From Macrostomum lignano (Eukaryota): DNA of 64,000 bases. Made by a program: the position numbers and the translations under genes. A model generated the notes under the pieces. The model was not told where the DNA came from, ran no database searches, and saw nothing but the letters and a program-made list of their open reading frames with translations. The stretch spans positions 1-64,000 of the forward strand of contig NIVC01000621.1 in assembly GCA_002269645.1 (NCBI GenBank). The letters are read 5' to 3'. Below are positions 45,140 to 59,410 of the stretch, in pieces (the first letter of the stretch is position 1; each line of letters begins with the position of its first letter).

Positions 45140-48100
45140 TTAGGCATCAAGCAGAAGTTTAACCAGATACCGGGGTGTAGCCTGCTCAGTCCTGTAGATC
45201 ACGTACTCATCCTTGTCTTCGTCATCAGCGCGGCCTCCAGCGGTGTTGAGGAATTCCAACCGCGAGTAAACAGAATCGCAGCCCCGGCCCTGAACCATGC
45301 TCAAATCAATTCATCGTTAATATCGTTGCAAGTCCACTTCAAGCCCACCAGGACTTCGCATACTAGCAGGCACTTTATCGCGTCCTCAGAGTGCCGGGCT
45401 GAGCTCACCAAATTGGTGGCAAAGTAGATTCCCACTCCGAACTTGCCCCGATGTCCAAATCTGAAACCATCTCTGATAATGCATTCTGCATTTTCTTCTT
45501 TTGTTCCATGAAAGAGCAGCTTTGGCTGGCAGTTGCTATCAAATAATTGGCTTCGAACATCATTAAAGCGTCGGTCTAAAACAGGATTCCTTATTTCTTC
45601 GATGCTTAAAATGTGCATGCTTAATCCAGACTGTAACTTTTCACGAAGTTCCCGGTCGGGCACATGTGCGCATTGTAGAAATTTTCGACCCATCGCAGTG
45701 TCGCTTTGTTGACTAGGCTGCTCAGCCTGAGCATTTTCTCTGACCTGTACACAGAATGGTTTAGCAAAGGGATTGCATCAGTGGAAGCGAAAAGGTTGTG
45801 ATCATGCAGAAGATTAAGCCTATATTACTGTATGTAATTGTAGCCCTAGCGGGCCTATGGCTATAGCTAGCTCAGTTATACAAACACAAGTACTGTAGTA
45901 AAGTCAATCACACCTGGTTAACAGCAGAGTTAAGCACGTCCCAATGGTCCATGAGCTCTTCTAACTGTCTTTGGATTTCCGGGTGAGGTTCGACTCCCGA
46001 AGTGGATTGCAGCCTGGCGGGAATTCTGGTGCCAGCTTTCAGGGCTGAGTTCAACCACCGCTCTCCATCTTCTGCCATGCTGTTCTCGATTGCCTTGAAT
46101 TTACGCGGATTTAATACATTTACATTAAACTGAGTTGCCAAATGGGTGTTAAAGTTTTTTTGGGGTTATTACAGCTACTCAATCAAATACACACATCGAG
46201 GCGCCTATTCTCAAACTGATAGCTGAGATCGCCGATTTTCGATAGCGTGCCTTCTATCCATTCACAGATGTGCCGCCTTCGTCTTTCAAAATCTCGGCAC
46301 GCAGTAACATATTTCTGGCTGAAATATCGCTTCCCGGTTGCCTGATAAATGAAAAAGGATTGAGACAAGTTGCGTGTGACGCTGATGTAAAAATACATAA
46401 GTTACATTTCAGTTTAAATACAGTACAACTAAACAAAAGCACCAAAAATGCACTTTTACTTTCCAAGTGCACTTACACGTGTAAATGCAACAATTATGCT
46501 TTCTACCGTCTATCATTGCAACTTTTGAACTGCTTTTACTTCTCTTGTTTGTTTAAATAATAACGCAACCTGTTTTTACTGGTGCTTATTACATTGCCGA
46601 AAGTGTCACAGCTTTAAAAGAACTACAAAGTGTCTCACCAGATTTTGAGCCGCGTCTGCTTTCAAATAGTCGTACCGGATGGCTAACGACGTCACCAATT
46701 CCTGGACATTCTGTTGGCTCACTGGCCTGGCATCTAGCTGGCCCGACTGCTCCGTGAGATCCCTGCCCAGTTGCTTCACATTTTCTACAGTGCTCTGCCA
46801 CTGATCGATTTCGCAGCACAGGTCAGCCAGGCATTTCACCTGCTGATCAATGAGACTCAGGTCTTCGGAGTTCAAGATCGTTAATTGAATTCGAGGCAAG
46901 GATTCGGACTTTCCGGAAATCCAGTTTGAGCAATGCAAAAATTCTTTATCAAACTGTTGCTTCTTCGCTTGAACAGAAAGTATCAGCTTTTCTGTGACAG
47001 TTTTCTACAAGCGTAATTCAAAACATTATTGAAAAACAACTTGTGAGAGTTTAGCTCGTATTCGCATGATAGAAAAGTACGAAGTATAGCAATTATAAAG
47101 ATGCAGAAACTAACCTCTGCCACTGTTAACGAAGACTTCAGACTGTCAATCTTATTCTTCAGTGACTCATATTGAGCCTCAACAGTTCTGCGTGGCTCGG
47201 AGTGTCTTTTGTCAATCATTGTGTCAATTATATTCCTCAGTAAACTGCCCAGAGAACTTTCTGATGAACAACTGTCGACATCAGAGTGGTAGGATCTCAA
47301 AAGCTCCAATTGTTTTTGAAGATCCACATAGGAAAGTGACTGGACTAAGTTTCTGGCAGCATTCGTTTGCTCAAATTTTCTATTTATATCGCAAACTTTT
47401 TTGCGCACCTCTCTCAGTTTCTTCTCAAACTTTTCATGATGCTCAATCGATTGGCTCAGTTTCTCTAAATGTTTCTGAAAGTAGAAACCCAGACAATTAA
47501 AAAACGTAGTTAAACAAAAATATTTGCAGAGAAGTTATAATTACCTGAGCTGTGTCTTCCAATTCATAATACCATGCTCTGCAGGAATTGATGCGATACT
47601 CGTCAGGCTTGGCGCACGCAATGTCAGAATCCAAGCAGAGAATTGTGAATCTATTCTTCATGACTTGTATCTCGGTGAGTATTGCCTAGCAAATTGAAAA
47701 CAACTCTCTTTAGTGTGCTTATTTAAACAAAAATCTGTGCACTGTATATTAGAAGCAATTTAATAAAACATTACATACTTCCAGTTCTGATCTCTGCTGC
47801 TTTCTACAAGCGTCTTGTCGATCACAACAGCGCTTGAGTTTGGCCTCAGCAGTCATCAACTCCGGATCCAATCTATTAATTTCATCTTTCAGAACTTCTG
47901 CCTTTTGTAAATTGTCAATAACGCTGATCTTAACTTGCTGCTTGTGTTGTTCTAACTGGAGAAATTGCACCTCTAAATCTGCAAGCTGATGTCCAACCCT
48001 AGCAGGACAGAACTGCTTGTTCATCAGAGCGGTACCAGCTTCCACTGCTTGGTCAAACTTGCTGTCACCCTCCGGAAAGCTGTCGTCAATTAACTAAAAA

Positions 48101-51100
48101 GTGACATTTTTTTAAATTACTGAATTTAAAAACTTCGTATGCAAATGTAGTTTAGATTTTACATACCTGCATCTCCTCTTGGGCTACTGGCTCTACCAGC
48201 ATTTTATTTTCGATTTCAGCCAACAAAGCGTCAACAGAATTTGCCCAGTCTGAGGCAGCCGACACCAGAAGGTCGAACTGGTTAACAAACTCGGCCAACT
48301 GAATTCGATTTTGCAGTGCATCCTGAAATTAAAACAAATAATTTAGCTGCAAAATTCTCTCTGTAGTTCTCTTGATTCAGCACTTACCAGAGATGCAGCT
48401 GCACCGTCCTTAGCTTTACAAAAAGAACGATTTATTTCGTGCATTTGTTCATGAATATCAAGACTGCTGTGGTGACTGTCTGCAAGTCTTAGGTACTTCT
48501 GTTGCATTGCATCAAAGTTTACTTGCATCTCTTTGCCCGTTTTGGCCAGCTGTTCTGCTAGGCTCTGCCAGTTTCCCGAATGTTCAGTTGCGTCGTTTTC
48601 TTGAACCGTGCAGTCATTGCAAAGCTTCATCCATTCTTGGACATCCCGTTTGAACTTTTCAACGGAAGCAGTCCAAGTCTGCTGCTCTTTCACCGAGGTG
48701 GAGAGCTCGTCAAGCAATGTCTGCAATTGATTGGAATCACTATTGCTGCTTCTGCAACTACGGGGTTTCCCCTGGGGCGTCGTTATGGATTTTATGGTGG
48801 AGGGACAGAGCCAAGATTTTTACGTGACTAAATTCCTGTATTATTTTGGGAATCAGTGTTGCACCATTGTTGTCATTTAGGCACCGCAGGCACTCATTAT
48901 GACGCCTTGTTGCAAATTTTTTTATTTCCATCTTTTTGGTCCTCTTGGTCACTAGATAGGGTGGAAGGCAAAGCATTGGTAGCCCCCCATAGATTTTTCT
49001 TGGAGGGATCGTACCCCCCCCCACCCCTGTCGTCCTAGCTGCAACGCCACTAGGTTTCCCAGAAGTAGATTCATTTTTAATTTCTGCCACAACTAGAAAG
49101 TGTGTAATTTTTTTTCAAAATTTTAACGTCAAAACTTAGCTAGACTGTGCCGCTTTATCATGTGTTTCCCAGTTAAGTGTTCCATTAGAATAAGCTTTAC
49201 AAGAAAAAGTGACATTACTTCTGGGACACCCCTCATAGATGAAAAAATTGTTTAAACTTACCTGAACCGTTTTCTGAAGCGTTTGACAACGATTTAATAA
49301 TGAGTCATGTTGTTCTCTGACGCCATACCTCTGCATTGACGCGCTTCGGTTTAGTTGCTCTAGTGATGTCTTCAATTTATGACCATCTTCTTTTAGTGTC
49401 TGAAAATATAACAATTAGAAGCTGAATACCTTGAAAAATGTGCCGAATTCGATTTTGAAGGAATGCTTGATGGTTACAGCACGAAAGTTAGAACAAAAGC
49501 TAGAAGAACAAGGCTTTCTAATTCTTGAAAATATATTATTTTATCTGATTCTCTCTGATTCAGCTTACCTTAAGCTCATTAACCTGTTGAACTTGCTCAT
49601 TTAGAAGAACTTTTTTCTGCCGAGACAGATCATTGAAAAGCGTCTCCAAATCTTTCAGCCTGCTGTCGGCTTCCTGCAGTTGCTGCCGCACTTCAAGGCG
49701 CTTTCTAATCGAATCCTTAACCTCCTTCTGCACTAGAGTTAACTTGTAGTCCAGTGAGCACCACAGACCCTCGACCTCTTCGACATGTGCAGCGACATAG
49801 GGAGGACAGTTCGATTTCTGCTTGAGACCCTCGCCAGCCTCGATTGCGCGCGTCAGGTTGTGTAATTTTCCGTTGCTAATTTCCGATTCGATTAGCTAAT
49901 TGGGTTGTTGCAAAACAGTTTAGGGCTTCAGTGTTTGGCATTTTGAAGCTTATTTACAAGTGCATCAACAAGATCCATTCTCACCATTACGTCACATTCT
50001 TCAACAGGGACCGTATTCAGATTATTGCGTAACTCGTCAAGCTTCTGATGGCACTTCTTTATCCAAGATTTCGCTTTGTCAGTCAAATAATTAAATTTGG
50101 CTAACTTCTTGCACATCCGATTATGTCTGTCAGCTATTTTCTGTGAGATGGAGAGGGCGATGTCGGTTATTGAAGTAACTCCACAGTAAGTTCAAAATGG
50201 TATACCCATTAACGTCACGGACTCACCTTCTTAGACTCCAGCTGAACCTTCAATTTGCCGTATAGTTTTTCAATGCCTTTTCTCTGTTGTAAAATGCGCT
50301 CACGAAGACTGGCGTTAAACTTGTCACTTTGAGCCAGTCTCTTGCCAATTTCTGCGATTCTGGTCAGCGATGAGGAATGATGTTCAACTTCAAATTGTAA
50401 ATACTTCACTTCGCTTAGCTGCGCGGACGCTGCTGCGGCATTAACCGGTTCAAGGCTTGTGTTGATAAGTAGATTGGCTTCACTAGCTCGAGCCTCGGTG
50501 GACCAATTCCAAAAGCTATTCAGCTCCTCTTCAAAGCGCTTTTGGATCTCCACTGAAGCCGATAGACAGACTCTCCCGCAGTTTCTGAACAGCATCAAAC
50601 AAAAAAAGCAGGATTTGCAGTGAATTGCTAGAGCAGCAATAAAACAGAAATTGAGGTTTGCGCAAGCGTACTTACTAAAGCTCTCTTCCTTAACTCCTCG
50701 AATCTGTTCCAGCTGCTTCGCGCGATTTCTGTCAAATTAGCTTCTTCTCTGTCAAAATTTGCATCTGAAAACTCCTCACCAAACTGCAGCAGAAGCTCGA
50801 AGTCGCCTTTTCGTGCATCAGTTTCTTCCGTTAAGCTCTGAAGCACCAAAATTGGTCATTTCGATATGTGTGGGAAACTTGTAAGGATGTAAAAAGTTTG
50901 TAAGAACGTTTTTTCACTCAAGGCTTGTGTGACCTACCTTGAGTTCTCTCAGTTGCTGAGTCCTATCCATGAGCCGAACCCTGTGTTTGCTCAAACTTTT
51001 GAGCCGACTATCTGATGTATCTAACCAGTCAGTCAGCACGACTTTCTGATCCTGGAGTGCCGACCAGTTCTTGAAAGCATCTTCAACCTTGATGCATGTA

Positions 51101-53896
51101 TCGTTTAACAGCTTGTCAGTTCGAGCCCACGCTTGCTCAAGTTGCGCCAGTTTAGCCTCATGGAAAAATAGCCCAGCATCCTGCTGGCTCTTACGGAGAT
51201 TCTGCACTTCATCCACTCTGACTTGGACAGTTTCTCTTGTTGACTCTATTTCCTGAAATTATGCAGAATCCATCGTTTTTGGTGCATTTTTTAAATCCTA
51301 GTAGCTAGCTAGTCTATTTTTGTTTTGACAATGTCGCTTAAAGTTCGCCTGGGTGCACTCAGCCTCCTGCCTCTAAAAATAATAATAGAGTTTTTAGAAG
51401 GAGTCTAATGACACTTATTAGAGTTTTTGTGTCATCAAAAGTGTCGTAAATCAGTCTTTGTCTTGATTAACCCTTCATTATTTTAAATTTTAACTAGTAG
51501 AATCGGAATGCGTTCATGTTCTCTAATATCAACAACCACAGGATGCTGGTCACGCATTTTTACCGGCAAGAGGCATAATTTCTGCCCATTCCACTGACTC
51601 CCCTAAACAGGCACACAAGCGCGCGGATACGTACGCAGTCATACGCACAGGCACACACACAGGAGTGTACAGCCACCCTAAATTTATTCATCTTTAGGCA
51701 TGTACACTTTACTGTGGCTTGGGGGGTTAGGCCTCAAGAGCGTTAATTGCACGAGCAGAGCCAAGCCGAAATTCAAATTGAGCGCCAAAATAATTGTAAC
51801 TGCACTTGTAATCGAGCCTTGGAATCGCGGCACATCAGAGCGCCGCACTGACCACTGTTTTGTTTTAGGGTACAACCATGCTTTAGGAGCTTTAGGAGTC
51901 AATTTAAACAAATAATAAACTTGCCACGGCTAGCTCCTTTTTCTCGAAGGAAGTTCGCTGAGCCAGTTTAAAACTTTTGCTTTCAATCCAAGTCCGAACT
52001 GATTCAAGTATTGCCATCGCTGAAGCACAACTGCTGGTCCAAATCTCTTCTTGTAGTCGGTCCTACATAGTTGGAGTATTGCAGGATATTCTTATTGTAG
52101 TATTCCAAGAATCACATATAGCCTCATAGGCTAAAGAAGATTATGATTCCTCTTACCTTCACTTGTTTGCATAGCGAATCCATTGCTGAGATTCGACTTT
52201 CCGTCTCTCGCTGAAGATTGGCATTTTGCCTGCAGCTGTCAATGAGAGCCCTTCCATTGGAATGCGTGTTCATGAGCCAATATGTTTCCGTTTGATTAAA
52301 AAATTTCTCGATATGTTTCAGTTCCTTCAGCTTCTCTTCTGCTTCTTCAATGTCAGGATCATCAGCAAATGGCCTTAAGCATATTTCATTGTCGGGTTTA
52401 TTGAGTACAGCTCCTATTCGAAGTTCCTGCTGATCGAGCCACGACTGGAACTCCGCGACGTGGGAGTCGAATACGTTTTGCAGAGATACGGAGCGCCTCA
52501 TGTCTCCCACGACCTGCTGTAGTTATTATATATTATATGCATAGATATTGCAATTGCAAAAAAGACATGGAACAGCTACATATAAAATGCTCAATTGTTT
52601 TTTATATATTAAAATCACCTGTGCAGTATCTTGCAGACTCTTGTACCTGGAAGTCAAGTTGTCGTCATAGAGAAAATCTGAAAACTCCTCTTTCAGCTTC
52701 TGCCATCCGTTGAACTTCGATTCCAAAGCATTAATCGAATCAAGCAGCTTCTATAGTTAGAAAGTTACGGTGATTTTCACGCAGTATTGTTTTTTGTTAC
52801 TACCAGCACGATCATACGCACGTATGGTTACTTTTTTGAACAAAATTTAACATTTTTCCTTACTTAAAGTGAATAACAACAACAATTGCACAGATTTTTG
52901 TAACTTACCTCAAGTTCAGTAAGTTGGTCTTTTCTTTCATTGAGCGAAGTCTTTTGTGAGCTTTGCAGCGTCCTCAAGCTGTTCTCTTTACCAGATACCC
53001 AGGATTGCATCCGGCTGAATTCTCTATGCAAATGCACCCACTTGTCCAGTGCTTCAGAGATCTCCATTCTGTTCAGAGCTTGCTGCAGCTGCTCAACGTA
53101 CTCGTCTGAAGCCTGCTGAAGCTTCTTGAACTGGCGATGCACTTTGCCTGGACAGTTCTTGGCTGACCGCAGCTTCTCAAACGCCACTTGGGCGTCTGCC
53201 AGACTGCATTGCTCGGATTCTAAGAGCTGCTGCAGTTTCTGAAAATAAAGTGCGAAACTTCTAGCATACCAATGAGATGAGGCAGCTGAGCAGATAACAG
53301 AAAGATTTTTTGAATATTATTAGCATATTTAGAAATAGCTAGGCCTTTAATCTTGGAATCTCCGCCGCCTACGACCCCTTTGTTCATCTCAGCAGCAAAT
53401 ATTGTTACTATCGATTCAGTGGTGAGTATCGTGGACAAATAATGTATAAAAAAGGGTGGTTTATCACACCAGATTACACTAAGCCTCACTACCACTTCAC
53501 GGTGCGAAGCCATAAAATCTGTGTTACTGAATAATTTATTTTGCAGACTAGCTCACTTAATTACGAAGTAACGAGTGGTGTATAAATGAAATTCTTACCA
53601 AGCCAGCATCTCTCCTCTCCGTCAATGGCAGAGTCTGTTCGGTCGGTAATCTGAGCAATTCAGAATCAATTTCTGCTCTGTAGATCGCATACGTTTTTCT
53701 ATGCTCTTTGGCTGTTCGACAGAATTTAACAAAAACTGCTGAATGAGCAATGCCTTTCTGAAAATTCTCAAGAACAGTGTAGTCTAATTGAATGCCGGTG
53801 GAGTTCACTGACTCAGCCATGCTCGCTCTGCTCCTGGCAAGTTTGGCAGCCGATCTTCGGCTCGCCTGATTGCCCAGTTTGTCTGCCCTTAAGCAG
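45140..53896 (-). CDS. ART gene C: long spectrin-repeat-like rod (about 20 exons) ending in a PARP-type catalytic exon; -1 frameshift at about 45306; 5' end unresolved
   Basis: Successive minus-strand exons with GT/AG ends (e.g. 53896-53599, about 53240-52917, 52519-52157, 51257-50935, 48720-48345, 47490-47110, 46995-46640, 46130-45912) encode helical repeats with spectrin-type Trp (EFQSWLDQQE, LTDWLDTSDSRL, SFWNWSTE, HCSNWIS). Last exon 45744-45140: LLFHGTK, GKFGVGIYFAT, LLVCEVLVG, KDEYVIYRTEQATPRYL. Confidence 0.72.
48772..49052. mobile_element. hAT-type MITE (281 bp) in an intron of ART gene C
   Basis: Perfect 8-bp TSD GGTTTCCC at 48764-48771 and 49053-49060. Short imperfect TIRs CTGGGGCGTCG / CAACGCCACTA. 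Confidence 0.75.
51581..51857 (-). mobile_element. tRNA-derived SINE, family 1, second copy, in an intron of ART gene C
   Basis: Homologous to 10165-10429 (CACAGGAGTG...GGCATGTACAC...TTAATTGCACGAGCAGAGC...CACATCAGAGCGCCGC). Confidence 0.7.
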
Positions 53897-54261
53897 CTAC
53901 CGAGAAAATTTAAATTCTCAAGGATATTTAGAAGCCCAAAAAATGCTTAGCTGTAGCAACGGCTCTCTTTCATGGGTGCATCATAGCTATTTATAATTGA
54001 GACGCCAACAGATAGAACGTACACTATATAGAGAGCCAACGGTGTAATGCGCTTTTGCTGGTGGCCTTCCTATACACTGGCTGAGTTGAGACAATTGCAG
54101 CGAATTGTTGAGATAGAAAATACTGAGACTGCAATCCAGTTAGAATAAAACCAAACTTGAATAGATGTGCATTCTATACTGTACCGTGTCCAATGTACCT
54201 TCATGGAATTTTGCTCCCTCTCTCTCTCACCCTGCCCTTTCCCTCTCTCCCCTCTCTTTGT

Positions 54262-54602
<341 letters not shown>

Positions 54603-55465
54603 CTCTATTTTGTTGTCTTGAATCATGGCATTATTATCAAGAATGCTAAGGCTTCGTTTCTCGTTCGAGGACGCCTCAAGCGCACGTAAGCCGTCGGGAC
54701 TCGTCAGCTCTGCGCACGTATCTACAGTGTCCGGATGAACTGAGCATTGATAATCTCTTTCCGAAGCAGTGCAAGAATGTTTCTGATGACTGGTATTTGT
54801 ACTACGCGTCAACTAAGGAAAAATCGCTAATCGCTAACTAGCCATAAATGACAGGGAGAGCGTTAGAGCACTACACTCGAGAAAGACGCGATGCCCACGC
54901 CGACTTCAGTGCAATGTCTTCATCAGAACATTGAGTGCGACGCGTTGTTAAAGACGGTGAAGTATCAATTCGGGAGACCATCTCTAATGAGTTTTACATT
55001 GGGGAACATCTATAACGCCAACTATCGTGGTGAGTTTCAATGGAACGTTTCAAAACCATGCACATTCAATAAACCCTTGAATTTGGTATAGGTAAACAGC
55101 AGATATTAGGAGTGAAACTGACAGTTCAACTCAACTTCCAAACAGGCAATTTGATTTTCTTGTTTTGCAATAGCACGATAATGTACTCAACCGTTTGCTT
55201 TCATCAAATTGTAAATAAATCTTCGATCATCAAACTGAATACAGCTTGGTGTTCAGTCGCCTATAGCCTATGGAACATACGGTCGTTGATTATACAAAAT
55301 TTGATGCGTAATTTCGGATTCATTGATTTCCTAAAAAATATTGTCAGCCTGGAAAAGTTACGAGGACAGACAATGGCTTCTACACTCGAAGTATTTAATT
55401 AGCTAATGCGAAATACAGTCTGCTATCAGCAGCCAATCAGTTATAGAAATCGACACACGAGTCCC

Positions 55466-56307
55466 TCATTTCGATCCAAGATTCTCCGAATCCTCAAAAG
55501 CGTTCTGTAAATTGTCGAAAGAAACAAAAACGTACATATAAGTAAAACAAAGCATTATAACTCTTTGCATAAATTGAGCAGACAAAAATATGCACTGTGC
55601 ATTTGCTCACCTCTAGAAACCTGACGAGGTACCTTGGTGCAATCTGTTCGGTCCGGAACACAACATACTCGTCGTTGAAGACGCCCCTTGGTACCCCGAA
55701 CGCCGTAAACCGAGTCGAATCCGGCTGACTCAACTCTGCTCAAATTGAGGCTCCTGTCAGCAGATTCCATCGCCATGGTGTTGCCCAACTGCACATCGCA
55801 CAGTAGGAGGCACTTTGTAGTGTCTCTACCGCAGCCTCGAGCAGCTTTGCTGCTGTCGGTGTAGAAGTAGAAGCCCTGACCAAACAGACCTTTTCTCTGA
55901 TAGCTGAAACCGTCTTTGATCATTTGCTCGACAAATCTGCTTCTCGTGCCGTGGATGAGCAGCTCCGGTCGACTTCGATCTGTATGCAATTTCTTGGAAA
56001 TTTCAACGAGACGTCTGTCTAGAAAAGGGTTTTCAATCTTCTCGATGCTTTCGATCGAATTAATTATTGGATAATAATGCTCTTTTGTATAGCGCTTTAC
56101 TCTGTCTAGCACTTTGAAGTATTCCTGCGCGGTGTCCTCGTCATCTTCTTTCAATACTGTTCTCTTGATGTCGTCTTTGGCAGCACTTTCAGGTTCGTGA
56201 CTCAAGGCCGTTGAACTTCGTAAAATAAAAAATCCAGTCCTCGCAGTTATAGTTATGTGGCGAGATGCGGCTCTTGATTCGCGGCTCTTAGACTTTGAGT
56301 TTCCCAT
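55466..56307 (-). CDS. ART gene B: MGNSKS start plus PARP-type domain, frameshift at about 55685, short terminal exon
   Basis: ATG at 56307. LIHGTR, GLFGQGFYFYTDSSK, LLLCDVQLG, GFDSVYG, then after the shift VFNDEYVVFRTEQIAPRYL. Donor GAG|GTGAGC at 55610; last exon 55504-55466. Confidence 0.75.
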
Positions 56308-57305
56308 GCGTTTTGCAAGGGTTAAATGGATTACATGTAAGTTGTGTTCGCTGCTTAGGTAGCTTGACTGCAGCTTTTTGCAGAATAAAGTTTTTTGCAC
56401 TAAAAGTATACACGACTTTGGTCTATAATATCCTGAAGCAAATAGAATATTATCTGTTTATATCTCAATGAAAAATGCACAAAATTCTAAGATTGCTTGA
56501 GCGCGTATCATATCGATCGTTGTATCTGGCACTCTAGCCGACATAGGTAAGAAAAGAAACTGTACACTTTTTAATACTGTGCGGAATATTTCGAAGTACA
56601 TAGTTCTAATTTATTAGCAAACTGTATGAGGTCGAAAGTAGCTATCGGGGCTTTTATTAAGTAAAACTTTGTTTGTTTCAAATAAAAATATTATATCTTA
56701 ATATTTTTTGGTTACACGTTGTGTATAAAATTATTGTGATAATGCCAATTAAGAGCAAAATCAAGCTTTCAATTATTTAAATCAATAACCTACTGGAGTT
56801 CAGAATTATAAATCAAGCAAATGAGTCGAGAAAAAGTTTAAAAACTATCATTGCCACATTAGAGTGCAGATACACTCAAAATACAGGTGTATGTGCTTTC
56901 TAAACAGATTTGCTGAACTTGGGGGTTTAGCCATAGACAAATTCAGTCGAGGAAAAATTACTCAAGAAGAAATGCACTACAAAGACAAGAATGAATGAAA
57001 TTTCACCAGAACTATTCTTGGTCGCCAGTCTCCGAAATTCTCGAGAAAATAACTTGATAAACTATATAGTAAATACAAATTGAACGATAATCGAACTTGC
57101 TTCATTTTGAATCCTTTATCTTGAGTCCAGAAGGTGAGATATTATCAAATTTGTGCTAAAAATTGAAAAATTACTCAACTCGCTAAGGGTATTTCCAGCA
57201 AAATCCGGCCTTGAACGAAGTTTGCACGGTTGGCGAGTGAAGTTTCTGTACTTTGGTTTTCTATGCATTGAATATATGTACATGTATACATTGTGCGTGT
57301 TATCC

Positions 57306-58044
57306 TTAAGTTGTAAACTTCACGAGATACCTTGGGGCGGCTTGCTCAGATCTGTATACGATGTACTCATCGTTCAACACGCCTTTGCTTTGTTTCGTGC
57401 CTCGCTTCGCAAACACCGAGTCATATCCTTTAGCCACAACTGATTCCAAGTTCAGCTCACTGTTGCTAGCCTTGCAAATCATGGTTTTACCCAAGAGGAC
57501 GTCGCACAGTAGCAAAGTTTTTACAGAGTTATCCCGAGCATATTTAGCACTCTTAGTACTGTCAGTTGCAAAGTAGATTCCCGCTCCAAACATGCCAGTT
57601 TTGCCAATATTGAAACCGTTTCCAATTATGCTCTCAGCATTTTCGCCTTTTGTTCCATGGATGAGAAGCTCCGGTATGCAGTCTTTCCTGTGCATTCTGC
57701 TGTGCACTTTGTACAGCCTCTTGTCCAGTACAGGGTTTGCTATTCTTTCTATGCTTTGAATTTCCACAGTGGTGTTGTGCACAGGATTCACGTATCGCAT
57801 GACCCGGTCGTAGATCCTGTAGTATTCGGCAACAGTCGATAGGTTTGACGCTGTGAGTTGAGTTCGCTGGATCTCCGTGTCATCCTTTGGCGGTTTCAGA
57901 GGCACCAGGTGCAGCTCCACCATTGCAGATTGGTATTTAATTGATGCCTGAAGAATTCAAAGTACCCAAGGTGACTTAGGTGATAAGCGCCTGCAGTATA
58001 TGATCTCGAGAACAGTTATTATTTAATATACATGTACTTACCAT
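57306..58044 (-). CDS. ART gene D: stand-alone PARP-type catalytic domain (about 214 aa), intact
   Basis: ATG at 58044-58042 is followed immediately by GTAAGT; exon 2 is 57947-57306. An alternative in-frame ATG is at 57923. LIHGTK, GMFGAGIYFATDSTKSAKY, LLLCDVLLGK, NDEYIVYRSEQAAPRYL. Confidence 0.85.
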
Positions 58045-59323
58045 TGTTTTGTAAAATAAGAAATGGTTTTTTGCAAATCAGATGGCCCGTGTTTTAGCTA
58101 AACAATTTTGGTTAAAACAGCTCGAAGTGAAGTCAATGTAAAATTCCATTTTCTGAGTTTACATGCAACTGCAATGTACACAGTTTTCGTACGAGTAACG
58201 CAAATTTTTTTTCTCTGTACTTCATGCTGCATTGGTAAGTCAGCAGATTCACATGTATATATCAGCTCTTATCTTCTGCACGCTGCTAATTGATAAAGCA
58301 GATTTTTTAAGACTTTCAAAACGACAAAAATCAAGGAGGCCACTGCAACTGAGAGGTATAGCTATTTGAAAACGAATTTAGATAAGGTGACTTGCTTAGC
58401 AGGTAAAATAAAGAAAAAGCTAACTTTGATTACAAACTCAAGATCTTAGAAGTCTTGTAGATTAAAAGCCCGCCACCCACCCTTAATACCCAACTCTAGC
58501 ATAGTGGTTCAAGCCGATCCGGTATTCTGAGTGAGAGAGCACTGACTATTTTGTAACCAGTGCATATCCTGGTGTTCCTTATTACGGAGACTTTTCTCGG
58601 TAATCAAAGAACAATCACTTCTAGCTCTTAGCTAGGCAACCCAGTAATCAAATGAAGGTAGTTATTACTTTGAGTCCGGTTGAGTAGATCTCTTCCTTGC
58701 GTAGTTCTCCAGAATTGACCGACCCTGGAGCTTGGTCCTGTAGTCTTCTTCTTCTTTGTTTCTTGCCGGCCGGTATCTGTCGTGTAGACTAATAGGAAGC
58801 TTCCAATTAACAATAGGACCCTTGCGCCAAACTGCGGTATCAAATAAGCCTTCTCCTTCTAGCAGTGACTCAATGCACTCTAGGTATAGCTCCGGTAATC
58901 ACTGATAGTCTTTTTAAGAAAGAAAGAAAGAAAGAATAATTAATCTGCAGCATGGGATCGAATCTTATCTAAAGTATATCTTACCGATTCTACTGATAAC
59001 TCATACTCGAAAAAAATTAACTACATGCTGAACTCTTTCCTGAAAGTCATGAAACAAACCACTCCTGACCAATAAGATTGAAGTTATACGCTCGTACGAT
59101 CTCCGTCTCCTAGCATACCCAGAGTGTACGTACGCCATTTAAATGTGGGTTGAAAACGGAGGGTGAAATTTAAAAGCATTTTGTACCTATTTTATCGCAA
59201 CCTGAGGGATTCTTGTAATAGTTGCAATAGCTAACGCTATACACCATCTGCAACGCGGTAAACAAGCTACCTGTACCTGCCTATCTTTTTTACATATTCA
59301 TACTGCATAGAACAGCACATCAG

Positions 59324-59410
59324 ATGGGAAATGTATTGGCAAAGAAACGAGAGAGTCGGCATACACCGCAGTCTCAAACCGAGATTAGAGCCACACAATT
59401 TTCAACTAAT
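59324..59410 (+). other. Orphan first exon MGNVLAKKRESR..., possibly a remnant of a further paralog
   Basis: CATCAG|ATG, 29 codons, donor GTGAGT at 59411. Resembles the gene B start (MGN...RESR). No productive downstream exon found. Confidence 0.3.

Noticed and set aside
48764-49090. MITE apparently interrupting an exon of ART gene C (removing it restores an open frame)
   Set aside because: A canonical phase-0 acceptor TTGCAG| at 48721 matches the upstream phase-0 donor, so the MITE is most simply intronic.
49205-49237. Mariner-like TIR end (TATGAGGGGTGTCCCAGAAG on the minus strand)
   Set aside because: No partner TIR was found nearby, so it is at most a fragment.
45140-53896. Calling gene C nesprin/SYNE or dystrophin
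   Set aside because: No CH domains, KASH tail or WW/ZZ module are seen, and the C-terminus is an ART domain, so no gene symbol is assigned.
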